Source of the DNA: Nemertoderma westbladi
Lineage: Eukaryota; Animalia; Xenacoelomorpha
Length of the DNA: 64,000 nt
Assembly: GCA_032718475.1 (NCBI GenBank)
Contig: JAUCBJ010008482.1
Coordinates: forward strand, 1 to 64,000
Reading direction: 5' to 3'
Under the pieces are notes generated by a model. The model searched no databases, was not told the DNA's origin, and saw nothing but the letters and a program-made list of their open reading frames with translations. Each line of letters starts with the position of its first letter. The stretch's first letter is position 1. The position numbers and the translations under genes are program-made. Shown one piece after another: positions 1 to 11,184 of the stretch.

Positions 1-2
1 CA

Positions 3-209
3 CAATTTATGACTCAATGTCACTACTGCCAACTTAAAGGACACGAAAGTTGGTATACCGATCGTAACCCTGCACCCTCTGATGCAATTATATTGCACCC
101 TTCGCCTCGGAGCTACAGCCCTCCTCGTAAAGTGGCTCGCCCCAAAGAGAAAAAGACTCTGGTTAACCTTAAGAAACTGCGTAAACGCCGTCCGCGCAAG
201 AAAGACTAA
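3..209 (+). CDS. C-terminal part of an accessory ORF of the sister LTR element (CxxC-x4-H motif, very basic tail); 5' part lies outside the window
   Basis: The frame is open from the window edge (QFMTQCHYCQLKGH...KKLRKRRPRKKD*) and stops about 80 nt before the LTR. Confidence 0.45.
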   Translation, partial: QFMTQCHYCQLKGHESWYTDRNPAPSDAIILHPSPRSYSPPRKVARPKEKKTLVNLKKLRKRRPRKKD

Positions 210-1216
210 CTGTTTAGAGTATCTTTGTGTTTTAGAAACTGTGATTTTTATATTTTATAGACTGAAAATCCCATTTTCTGGGAGCGGTGTAAAAGCCTTT
301 GCTGAATTGCCCTGTTATTTTTGTTATCTTTTACATTAAAATACTCTGTAGTTGATTTAATAAGTGTAAGAGACCGTATTATTACTGTATCGGTGTTTTT
401 AGAGGATCTAAGACTTATTTCCTCCGTATGTGTATTGTGAAAGGTATATTTTATGATTCTATGGCAATTTGTGACGCAAAGGAGTGATAGCTACTCTTGA
501 ACAGTAGTTACTATGACTACGGTTAACAGCTGACATTCATACGTGTTGATTTCCTTTGTTCTACGGCGTCTCTCAGCTCAGTCAGCCAATGAGAGCGTTT
601 TTGTGGCTCCTTGTACAGAGAATTTCCTAGAAATGACGCAATGCCTATGTGCAGTGTTTTCATTCAGTCTTGAGCCAAAGAAAGAACGGCTTAGAAATAT
701 TTTGTGCTGTACTGCTTTTTAGTCGTACACTGGTAGGTTTAATTATAAAGGGCATATATCCTTTAACTGATGACTGATGTCTGCATACTGCAGTACTGCA
801 TACACTGCATACTGATGACTGATAAATATCACTCCGTAAATATCTCACTGCTGATATACCGGTACTGATGTACCGATGTACCTAACTGTTCAGTTGTTGT
901 TTTATACTGCTATTTGCTGTCAGTTCTTCATAATATGGTTGATGAATTATTATATTTGGAATAACGATAAATCACCCCGCAACCCAATATTCTTGATATA
1001 CCGAAGGTAAGAGAGAAAGGTTACTAATAACGATTGTGACTTATGTTAAAGTGGTTTGAAGTGAATCTAATGTTATTTGATAGACCCTACATGAGTCAGC
1101 CTGTGTTCCTTTTATATGTGACTAAAATCAGTGAAGATTGGCAGATTAGTGTGCAGTATTGTGCAGCATAGTGTATGAGTGAGTCTGTTAAAGAAGCAAT
1201 TCCTAAAGAATGCGCC

Positions 1217-1926
1217 ATATATGTGGATTATAATTAAGCCATATCGTTGCGAGTAGTTTAAGTCATAACTCTGTTTATGTAGATAAAGCGCCACGTCCTA
1301 AAGGAACTGTTAATATTACCGAAGGTGAATAATATTGTCAGAGATTATATAATACTGTCAGTCGAATAATACATTAGGCTTACATAGCAATAAAAATTAA
1401 ACCGTCGAACCCAATCTCCCGGGAATATCCAGCGGGTGAATGGTCGCGCACGGATTGGTTTCGACTAGTGTAGTGAATCAAATACTTGTCATAGACTAAA
1501 AAGCAGATTTATTATCTAGAAGACATTCTAATTTGGCGGGTTAAACTGCCAAAGGTCTGAAAGCGCGAACAATATATGTGGATTATAATTAAGCCATATC
1601 GTTGTGAGTAGTTTAAGTCATAACTCTGTTTATGTAGATAAAGCGCCACGTCCTAAAGGAACTGTTAATATTACCGAAGGTGAATAATATTGTCAGAGAT
1701 TATATAATACTGTCAGTCGAATAATACATTAGGCTTACATAGCAATAAAAATTAAACCGTCGAACCCAATCTCCCGGGAATTTCCAGCGGGTGAATGGTC
1801 GCGCACGGATTGGTTTCGACTAGTGTAGTGAATCAAATACTTGTCATAGACTAAAAAGCAGATTTATTATCTAGAAGACATTCTAATTTGGCGGGTTAAA
1901 CTGCCAAAGGTCTGAAAGCGCGAACA
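1217..1926 (+). repeat. Tandem duplication (2 x 355 bp) of the 3' part of the LTR
   Basis: 1217-1571 and 1572-1926 are near-identical (2 differences seen) and both end in the LTR terminus GCGCGAACA. Confidence 0.9.
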
Positions 1927-3389
1927 GATTACCAGCCATCCAAACTTTAAAGTATATTTGATTTATTCAGTATATTTATAGAAATTGTATTTATTTTATG
2001 TTATAAATTTCCGGTATATTTTTATTTCGCAAATTTTAATATTTAGTTTATATTTAGACAATATAAATTACCCGTGTCTAGTTCTGACCGCCATTTTACG
2101 TTGCATACATTATTGCATCTTTGGTAGAGAATGATTTTCAATCATAATTATTTATAACTTTTATAATATACCGGTTTAAGTATATCCCAAGTAAATATGT
2201 TAATGTTATAGGCCAGGCCTACACCTGTTCGCCTCTATTACCTAATTATAGTCACACTGAAGTAAAATAATAGGAAATGTGCTGTGTCATATCGTATAGG
2301 TTCTTTGGTATGTTTGAATTACTTAAGATTGGGATAAATACTGTACTAAGTTCTGATTGGATAAGCCCATAGAATATTACAGAATATTATTTTATGTAAA
2401 TAATTGTTTAATTTTTCTGAAGTTTAGTTTAAGTTTCCTGAATGAGATCCATTACATTACTCTGTTAACCCAGCAACAATAGATGCTTGTTAACAAACCA
2501 AAAACACATACAGTATACATACAAAAATTAAAAAATAATCAGTTTTAAACATAAATACGTACTGTACTATTACTAAGTAGTAAAAAAATAACTTGCTCCA
2601 TAAAAACACTAGCTACAGTACTACTGTAACAAATAATTATTTCAAAAATAGGTGTATTACAGTAGGCAGTAAATAACACTAACTACCATAAAAAATACTA
2701 CCAAAACATATATAACACGAGTATAAATAAAATTCAAAATTTTGGTACCCATGCAGCCATGTGCCATGCTATACTAATATCAAATTACATTGGTGCTAAT
2801 ATGACCTGTTTCAAACATAGTGAATGTAGTTTTCCACAATCAAAATAGCGAGAACTAATGGAATGTATGTAGTAAAAGTATAAACGGAAACATGTTGTAT
2901 GGCCATATATAGTACCATCGTAGTTCTTTAGTACTTTTTTTAGTTGATAATGTATTTTAAATATTTAAATATTTCAAATACACACTGAAAATGGTTGATC
3001 CAGGCAATAGTAGCAGCAGGCTGTTCCTAATTACTATACCACTGGTAAGCAAGTGTTAATTCGAAAAGCTATAAAAATTCTGGAATTCCTGTAACCAGGC
3101 TACAACCGATTGAATGGATAAATCCAACATGAAGTATTCCTTTCAAGCAACCTCTTGACATACCTTGCTATTTTTGAAGTATATACTTCTTTTATTCAAA
3201 CCAACTCTACTCAATACTTTACTCTAACCTTTACTCGTATACTTTACTCGTATACTTTACTCGTATACTTTTCTTGTATACTTTACTTGTTTTATTCAAA
3301 CCAATTTAACTTTTTTGGAGTACCTACTTGAGTATAAGTATATACTTGTTTTTATTCAAACCACCCATTATCTATATTATAATATCTAT

Positions 3390-6300
3390 ATGGGACTGCA
3401 GTGCGCGAGACAGCAGACCTCAACCTCCATGGGACCCGGCACTAACCCCGACGGCATGGTCGCTCCCAGACCCGGCACCGACCCCAACGCCACGGTCCCT
3501 CCTGGGACCGGCACCGATCTCGAAGGCACGATCCCTCCCAGCACACATCCCCACGGCGTGGTCTCTCCTGGACCCGCCACCGACCCCAATGCTGTGGTCC
3601 CTACTGGGTCCGGCACTGATCTCGAAGGCGCGATCCCTACCAGCACACACCCCGGCGGCGTGGTCCCTCCCGGACCCGGCACCAGCCCAAACATTAATCA
3701 CTATGAGCGAGTCCCAGCAGCTATTATTAAGGTTAAGTTATGGAATGTAGAAGGCTTATCATACATACTCAACTCGATTTCAGATGATGAGCTATTTCAA
3801 AATTCGGACATTCTCTTACTTACAGAAACATTCTATCTTGGTACAAATCTGGATTGCATCTCAAATTACTACGCATATATACAACAAGCAGAGAAACAAG
3901 GACGAGGTCGCCCAAAAGGCGGATTAATGATTCTGGCAAAGCCATGGATTAACCCATCCCCTGTTTTCAAATCAAACTGTTGCATTATCATAAAATCTGA
4001 TCTAGCATACTTTTCTGTTTTCTACTTCCCTCCAGATACACCTATATCACATATAACCTTAGAGATCACATCCTCCTTGACCCAGACCGATAACTCATGC
4101 CCAATAGTGGTTGGAGGTGACTTCAACTGTAGAGTTGACTCTGGGGAACGTGGACACCAACTAACAGACTTTCTGACATCACTTGGCTTTATTGCTTTAA
4201 ATTATTCATCATCTCATACCTATATATCACCCCAGGGCGAAAGCACAATAGACTTGATCTTTATAAAATTCACAAATACTTTACCTGATTCAACGCCAAA
4301 GCCCCAAATAACACTTAACCCCATAAGAAAACACCAAAGCGTGTCAGCTGAAATTCCATTCACAAACAATCCTGTACATATGGAGACTCGACCAAAAGCC
4401 TTAAGCAGAAAGCTTAACATGTCCTATCTGGAAAACCACCACAACATCCCATCTATGGTTGAAGCAATAGATAACTCCGACCCCAATAAGGCAACAAAAC
4501 TATTAGCTGAAATAATTTCCAGTTCAGTTTACCCCAAAGGGAAAAGACTACATAAAGGCAAACCATGGTTTGATCAGGAATGTTGCAATATAAAACGACA
4601 ACTTATATCAGCCATACAATCTCGAAATATTTCAGCTGCTCATTCAACTCACTTCTATCAGCTCCGTCGATCATATAAAACTCTTATTAAAACTAAACGA
4701 GCTGCATTTGAAGAAAATTATTTCCTGGAAAGAATCCAAAAGTCAGATATAAACCCCTGGAGTCTTCTTAAAACTAGGAAACCAACTGTCGCTTCAGTAG
4801 ATTTAAATAAACTGGAGACACATTTTCGAAACATCATCGGAACTAACAAAGACCCAGCACAGTTACCCGCAGCTGCCACTGTAACACAGAGTGAAACCTC
4901 CGCGGACTGTTGGTATAACGATAAAATATCAACTGAAGAAGTAACTAGAACTATTAATGAGGCGGGCAATAACAAAGCCAGTGGTCCAGATCAGCTCTAT
5001 TATGAGCATTTAAAACAAGTTCCACCAGTGATAATCGCCTTGATCACTATGTTGTTCAATGTGTGCCTCTGCCTAGGGAAGATACCTGATTTGTGGAAAA
5101 GAAGTATAATTGTAATACTTTACAAAGGAAAGGGGTCTCTAATGGAACCTGATAACTATCGTGGCATTGCCCTTCTCTGTGTGCTGCTTAAAACTCTCAC
5201 TTCTATTATCAATAAACGAGTGCTCAAACATATTATAAATCGGTTACCAGCTGCCCAGTTTGGCTTCATTCCAGGGAAATCTGCACAACAAGCAATTAGG
5301 CGTCTTCTTAAGGAAATATCATCAAAACTAACCTCGAAATCGCGCCCAGAACGTAAAGTTTACGCAGCATTTATAGACTTTCGTAAAGCCTTTGACTTTG
5401 TCAGTCGCGCCATTCTACTCTCAAAATTATATGGGTTTGGTATTAAAGGGAAATTGTATCTATTAATTAAAGATCTGTTTACTAATAACGTCCAGGTGTT
5501 TGATGGTTTACGTCTTTCCGACGTCATAACCCAACTCAGAGGTGTGCTGCAAGGTGACTCCTTCTCACCCACCTGCTTCGTAGTATTTATCGCAGATCTA
5601 GCTATAGCACTGCAGAACGCAGCCCAAGCACTTCGGTTCCTGTTCTATGCGGACGATCTGGTCTTCTATTCTTCAAGGCGAGAGGATATCCAAACGGGTC
5701 TTGATGCACTTTACAACTGGTGCCAGCTCAATGGGATGGAAGTAAATTTAATTAAAACAAAAATAATAAAGTTCAGGAACGGGGGGCCATTAGCAAAGGA
5801 TGACATATTTCTATATAATAACAAACTTGTCCAAATCACTAATGAATATGAGTACCTGGGAATTATTTTACAGCCGTCACTATGTTTCGCAAAACATGTC
5901 CAACATAAAAAGATAAAAGCCTCGAAAGTTATTGGGTCACTTACGTTCTTGCCTCACATCTCAGTCGATGCAGGTATGAAGATCTATAAGATGAAAGTTG
6001 AACCATTGGTCCTATACTCAATAGCGGAATTTGGCAAGTATCTCACCCTAGCGAATCTAAAAGAACTCGACAAGGTGAAATCAATGTTCATAAAACGAAT
6101 GCTCCGGCTGCATCAATCTTCCTCAGCAACACTAGCACATAAACTTGTCAAAGAGTATACGCTTGTGGAAGAATTAATCTCAAAATCCCCTCAAATTCTC
6201 AACCCTGATGTTGTTGAAAAATACAAGATACATCGTAGAGACAGAGTAGGAAATTTCGAACAGGAGGGTTACTTATCTGGACCGGCGTTCCAAACGTCTG

Positions 6301-6521
6301 TATGGCGCCAAGCCAACCAAAGCAACCGCCACTTACTCACGCGCTGTACCTCGCACGGGTTCCATCATAAGATTTGCGCCCACAACCGCTCATTCCATTC
6401 CCCTCAACAGAGCTGCGTGTGCCGGTACTGCGGCCAATCCGCCCACCACCGCTACCACGTATTGGATTGTACCAGCTGTCCCTCTCTATCCGTCATTGCC
6501 CATGTTAATAACTCAGTTTAA
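3390..6521 (+). CDS. LINE ORF2: apurinic-like endonuclease, reverse transcriptase and C-terminal CCHC-type motif
   Basis: APE motifs WNVEGL, LTET, GDFN, STIDLIF; RT motifs NYRGIALL, QFGF, FIDFRKAFD, GVLQGDSFSP, YADD, YLG; C-terminal CRYC...HVLDC. The computed start at 3315 lies in flanking DNA, and the ATG at 3390 is formed at the junction. Confidence 0.9.
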   Translation: MGLQCARQQTSTSMGPGTNPDGMVAPRPGTDPNATVPPGTGTDLEGTIPPSTHPHGVVSPGPATDPNAVVPTGSGTDLEGAIPTSTHPGGVVPPGPGTSPNINHYERVPAAIIKVKLWNVEGLSYILNSISDDELFQNSDILLLTETFYLGTNLDCISNYYAYIQQAEKQGRGRPKGGLMILAKPWINPSPVFKSNCCIIIKSDLAYFSVFYFPPDTPISHITLEITSSLTQTDNSCPIVVGGDFNCRVDSGERGHQLTDFLTSLGFIALNYSSSHTYISPQGESTIDLIFIKFTNTLPDSTPKPQITLNPIRKHQSVSAEIPFTNNPVHMETRPKALSRKLNMSYLENHHNIPSMVEAIDNSDPNKATKLLAEIISSSVYPKGKRLHKGKPWFDQECCNIKRQLISAIQSRNISAAHSTHFYQLRRSYKTLIKTKRAAFEENYFLERIQKSDINPWSLLKTRKPTVASVDLNKLETHFRNIIGTNKDPAQLPAAATVTQSETSADCWYNDKISTEEVTRTINEAGNNKASGPDQLYYEHLKQVPPVIIALITMLFNVCLCLGKIPDLWKRSIIVILYKGKGSLMEPDNYRGIALLCVLLKTLTSIINKRVLKHIINRLPAAQFGFIPGKSAQQAIRRLLKEISSKLTSKSRPERKVYAAFIDFRKAFDFVSRAILLSKLYGFGIKGKLYLLIKDLFTNNVQVFDGLRLSDVITQLRGVLQGDSFSPTCFVVFIADLAIALQNAAQALRFLFYADDLVFYSSRREDIQTGLDALYNWCQLNGMEVNLIKTKIIKFRNGGPLAKDDIFLYNNKLVQITNEYEYLGIILQPSLCFAKHVQHKKIKASKVIGSLTFLPHISVDAGMKIYKMKVEPLVLYSIAEFGKYLTLANLKELDKVKSMFIKRMLRLHQSSSATLAHKLVKEYTLVEELISKSPQILNPDVVEKYKIHRRDRVGNFEQEGYLSGPAFQTSVWRQANQSNRHLLTRCTSHGFHHKICAHNRSFHSPQQSCVCRYCGQSAHHRYHVLDCTSCPSLSVIAHVNNSV

Positions 6522-6656
6522 ATATATATATTATTAATTTATTTTTATGTCATCACTACCGATTTGCGTTTTATACTTACAATTTTAGATTCGATACAGA
6601 ATATACATTATACATTTTACCCCGTCCGGGGTGTTGATTTAAAAAAAAAAAAAAAT
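3392..6656 (+). mobile_element. 5'-truncated non-LTR retrotransposon (LINE, APE-RT, probably RTEX-like)
   Basis: A-tail at 6641-6655; candidate TSD ATATCTATAT at 3382-3391 and 6657-6666; contains an intact APE-RT reading frame. Confidence 0.85.
3430..3690 (+). repeat. GC-rich 30-36 bp tandem repeats (about 102-bp higher-order unit) at the 5' end of the LINE
   Basis: Repeated GGACCCGGCAC...GGTCCCTCC units; they translate as Pro/Gly/Thr-rich repeats. Confidence 0.8.
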
Positions 6657-7061
6657 ATATCTATATTGCTTAGCTATTCATACATAAACAAAATGTTCCA
6701 GAACATTGTGTATTTATTAAATAGAATAAATGGCCTTCAACGAACAATAATTCTTGCAATCTTTGAACGCTTATTTATATCTCAGCTGTTTCTAAACGAA
6801 ATTCAGACATTGTTATATATTTGGAATCCTTGTAACGCAAGCTTTCCAATGAAATCTACAAACCGATGTGAAGAATACCGACGATAGGAGATGTGCAATT
6901 TCGCAAATTCCGGCTTCATGTGGACATCGACAGTGAGTGGAACTAGTTGTGTTTCAAATTTCATATGATACAGATTTGTAGAAAAAGTTTCTCGGTCCGT
7001 GTCATCTGAAAATGACACTATATTACGGGTTATGGTGTATATAATGTATTTAATTTTACAG

Positions 7062-7196
7062 GAATCCATGAAGCATTTAGACGGCTAGACCCGTTTTTCC
7101 GTGGCGCCTACCAGGGTTGGAAAGACAGCGTCAGACATAACCTTTCCTTAAATAAATGTTTTTTAAAATTACTGAAAGATCCAAGTCGACCACAAG
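7062..7196 (+). CDS. FoxH1: Forkhead box FoxH-class transcription factor, internal exon (helix 2-3 of the forkhead domain)
   Basis: TTTTACAG acceptor and GTGAGT donor; translates [44 protein letters not shown], matching the FoxH1 pattern (FPFF..DYQGWKDSIRHNLS..CF.KV.KDP.KPQ). Confidence 0.9.
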
Positions 7197-7220
7197 GTGA
7201 GTTCTTCAGAGGTTTATGAT

Positions 7221-7715
7221 GTAAGTTGGTCATGATCAACGTCCTAAGTCGTCCACAAAAGTAACATGGTTAAGGACAAAGGTGTTTGAGGTAAGTTGGT
7301 CACGATCAACGCCCTAAGTCGTCCACAAATGTAACATGTTTAAGGACAAAGGTGTTTGAGGTAAGTTGGTCACGATCAACGCCCTAAGTCGTCCACAAAT
7401 GTAACATGTTTAATGACAAATGTGTTTGAGGTAAGTTGGTCACGATCAACGCCCTAAGTCGTCCACAAATGTAACATGTTTAATGACAAATGTGTTTGAG
7501 GTAAGTTGGTCACGATCAACGCCCTAAGTCGTCCACAAATGTAACATGTTTAATGACCAATGTGTTTGATGTAAGTTGGTCACGATCAACGCCCTAAGTC
7601 GTCCACAAATGTAACATGTTTAATAACAAAGGTGTTTGAGGTAAGTTGGTCACGATCAACGCCCTAAGTCATCCACAAATGTAACATGTTTAATGACAAA
7701 TGTGTATGATGTAAG
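7221..7715. repeat. 70-bp minisatellite, about 7 copies, in the FoxH intron
   Basis: GTAAGTTGGTCAYGATCAACG recurs at 7221, 7291, 7361, 7431, 7501, 7571 and 7641. Confidence 0.95.
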
Positions 7716-9111
7716 ATGTCTTAAAGTCCTACGTCCTTAATAAGGTAAGATGATCAAAGACTAGGCCTATAGACATTTATAAAGGGTTTGTTCTAAACAT
7801 TTTGGTCAATAATATGTCCAAATTATTTTTATGATCTATTATAATGCACGATTAAATGGTGTTTCCAAATCTGAAAACTGCTATTTAATGGCTGTTTTAG
7901 TTTTCAAGTTATAACACTTTCCATTTAGGGAGACCTATTGAAATTACTATTACTATGTATAATGAAAGGTCGATTATCTCCAATGATTTTTTTTATGAAA
8001 ATGTCAACTTCAAAATCCTACTACTTCTACAATGTTTGAGCAATTAGTCTGCAAATTTCTGTGGGTGTCTACATAGCCACCTTGCATAAAAGTGTCAGAC
8101 AACTTTTTGAAATTTTTTTAAATAAAATTTAATACTATTTATAACAAACCTAAAAAATTAGCATAAATTTGCAGCGCCACCTAGCGGTGCAGAATTACTT
8201 TCACAAAATTACGCCTGATAGTTATGTTGCCCCATCTTTGATCTATCATATAAAAAAACTTTCATGTGATTAAATTCAAAACTGTGAAAGCCTTAGGGTT
8301 TTAAGCGTAACCAGGTTTTTTTTATTGTTAACTAGTATTAACTAATATTAAATAACGAAAAATAAAAGTTTTCTCACCTGTCATGTAGAATAGCATCTTA
8401 GGTACGTATATTCCAAATTATAACCAAAACCAAACAATTTTGAAACGCTGAAAGTGATAAATCGAAGAGTTGTCCGAAAATGGTGTACCCCCCCCCCCCC
8501 CCCCCCCCCCCCCCTTAAAGGGACTAGCCACGGTGCATCTACTATGCCTTGCATCCTGTATCAAAATTTCCTATGGGGAGTTAGTTCTCGGGGGACCGCA
8601 CTGGAAATAAGTCGTCAGACTTTGTGCTTAATCCCTGGTCTTACGGCCGAAGATAACTTTACTTTACTTCACTGTTGTGGTATAAATCTTTGTTCAAACC
8701 ATCAAGCCCACAATATAAGATGTTCAAAAAACGACAGTTTGTTGCCAGTACATACTGTAGGTACTGAAGTAACCTCCTGTTGTCTGTCGCTTTTGTTGCC
8801 AGCAATATGGAGACTTGGCTTCTGCTTGGTTGCTAAACAAAACGGTTGTTAAGTTTCGTAATGGAACCTCCACTTGCCATCTTACAGTTACCAACAGGAA
8901 GAGGATACTTTGTCTGCCTCCGCTGATCTGTTTTTCCATTCACCGATAACTTCACCTTACTTTTAGGCAGCTCAACGTAGGATACTCAATTTTTGAGCAA
9001 GGTTCATAAGCTATGTATCCCTGTTTCGGTCTCCGGTATGAACAATTTTCTATACTGGGTAGTATAGGGAAGTGTTCATAGAATTCATAATTCCAGACAT
9101 ATTTTTTTCAG

Positions 9112-9404
9112 GGAAAGGCAACTTCTGGACGGTGAGATTGGACATGATCCCGCAAAGTAGCTTCAGACGTCAAGATTCGCAAAATTCTAGAAAGAGAATC
9201 AAAATCCTGGAACTCGGAAAAAATAAAATGGAAAACAATGACGTCATTGGCACTAAAAAAGTTAACAATTTTATCCCGAAGACTTCCACAAATCGCAGAC
9301 TTTTGGAGAAACATGAACTTGTGTATAAATGTTCGGTGATTCAAAATTCCAAACAGCAGTTCAGTAGCTGTTTTACAGTTGATAATTTATTAGGATTGCA
9401 CTGA
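9112..9404 (+). CDS. FoxH1: FoxH-class gene, last coding exon (wing region and terminal EH1-like motif)
   Basis: TTTTTTCAG acceptor, phase 1 compatible with the previous exon (G|GG AAA GGC AAC TTC TGG = GKGNFW). GNFWTVRLDMIPQSSFRRQ resembles FoxH1 KGNFWxVDxxxIP...RQN. Ends FTVDNLLGLH*. Confidence 0.85.
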
Positions 9405-10905
9405 AACCTGATGTAGCCTACTTTAAAATAATATCACTTTTCGTAATAAGTATTATTTTTAATTGACAGCAATATAATTTTCACTATCTCTTTACGTTTA
9501 TAAAAATCAATTTTGGCTATTTCATGAAATCCTACGTATTGGTAATCCCTGGGTTGGGGTGAAATTTGTGAGGTGAATAATTGTTTGATTCAACATGGTG
9601 CTTTTGATTATTAATATGTATTATATTCTACAAGATTTAGAGCAATAATTGGTGCGATTTAGATGAGTTTTCTTTCAATTCGTATCTCCTGCTTCGTTAT
9701 CTCACCGATAAATCCGACTGTCTATAATTTCCAATTCCATTGGGCGTTGTAAATTACTTATGCAATTCAAATTATATTCTTAATTTATAGGTCTCCCTTA
9801 CGGCGGTGCTGATATCGCTTTTATTTGTTCAATTTGTTTGTCTTGTCAATTTACATGCTTATCTGATTGTCTGCATTGATTCACGAATATTAATAAGTTA
9901 CACTCATTACTGTAGGTTGTTGGTTAGTCCGTTTGATAACTATTGGGCGCGCTGTTGTAATAAAAGTGTTGAATTGCGTCCGTCTATTGGTGGGATATTT
10001 ATACTGTATGAGAACAAGACCTCATAACTGGAAGCGAGCGTTGGTTGTCGTTGTCCATAACATAATAAAGCTAATGAGTAACTATAAGTCAGGAGATCAA
10101 ATGAGTAACAGTCAAATGAAAAAAATATATACAAGTGGGTCGCGGTGAGGGGCCGATTAACACTGGCTACTAACATAATTTAATTATATTATATGAACTC
10201 CGATGCCGATATTGCCTTCAACTGGGACTGTGTTGAATTCCCTCCAGTACTTGACAGCCTAGAATGTAACTTACTGTGATGGTTTTATTAAAATCAAAAC
10301 TCTTCAAGCAGACGAAGCATCTCATACAAACGGATAGATAATGTTACATACAGTATTAGGGATGTTGCGAATGTCATATTTTTGACATCCGCACGGATGC
10401 AGATGCGGATGTCTATTAAAACAATCATATTTTTACTTGGCCTCCCTTCTACATAAAGATTACACCAACATTTTAATGTTCAAATCTTATATTAATATTC
10501 ATTCCCAATAACTTAAAAATAATATAACAAACTAAATTATTGCTACCAGTGCTTATCCTTAATGCAGCAGGACCTGGTGCATTTACTTCTGGACAAGTTG
10601 TTACTTAGGAAGAAATAATTTTGATTATTTTATGTTTTGATAATTTAAGATAAAAGGAAAAAAGAGTAAGATAAAAAAGTAATTATTATTGAAATTTAGT
10701 TAATTGAGAAGAAGTGATACAACTGACTATTAAACTAGAGCCCAGCCACCTTTACACCTTTCTGTATGACTTGGTCCAAATGTCAATGTAAATTAAAATT
10801 GTACATAAAAAGGAGAAGAAGAGATAATTACATTCCACCTTTATGTAAAACAACCCTGATATCACCGGATGCATTTACACAGATATTATGTATTGTGGGG
10901 CCAGC

Positions 10906-11184
10906 CACGAAGTGAGCGTAGCCTTAGCATATGGGTGCCATTGGCGAGTTGTCTGTCGTCGTAAATTTTTGATCGCTAATAACTCGGTTATTCCTCGATG
11001 AAATTAAACGAAACTTGGTATGTATGTAGTCCGTCAAAAGTTTAGAAAGAATCTGAAGTTTCGTCAAAAACGAACGAACGCAACGAGGCACAAGAGGAGG
11101 ACGAGTATTGTGTTGAAGACTTCTGACTAACGGCAGACAACTCGTTAATGGTACCCATATGCTAAAGGTTTTGCTCACTTCGTG
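10906..11184. mobile_element. Small inverted-repeat element (MITE/HINE-like)
   Basis: Arms of about 55 bp: CACGAAGTGAGC..CCTTAGCATATGGGTGCCATTGGCGAGTTGTCTGTCGT and ACGGCAGACAACTCGTTAATGGTACCCATATGCTAAAGG..GCTCACTTCGTG. Confidence 0.6.

Larger units (their letters stand above)
1..1926 (+). mobile_element. 3' end (internal end, PPT and 3' LTR) of an LTR retrotransposon related to the BEL/Pao element at 15356-33497
   Basis: TCCCATTTTCTGGGAGCGG|TGTAAAAGC at 269-296 is identical to the PPT/LTR junction of the large element (reverse complement of about 16533-16560). The LTR runs TGT(288) to GCGCGAACA(1926). Blocks such as GCGCCACGTCCTAAAGGAACTGTTAATATT and TATCCAGCGGGTGAATGG are shared with the large element's LTRs. 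Confidence 0.85.

Noticed and set aside
6800-6935. Possible missing first forkhead exon (KNTDDRRCAISQI vaguely like NSPEKRLKLSQI)
   Set aside because: In-frame stop just upstream, no KPPYSY motif, and no donor in the required phase.
7221-7715. Regular repeat array resembling CRISPR
   Set aside because: Contiguous 70-bp tandem units with no unique spacers, in a eukaryotic intron, with no cas genes.
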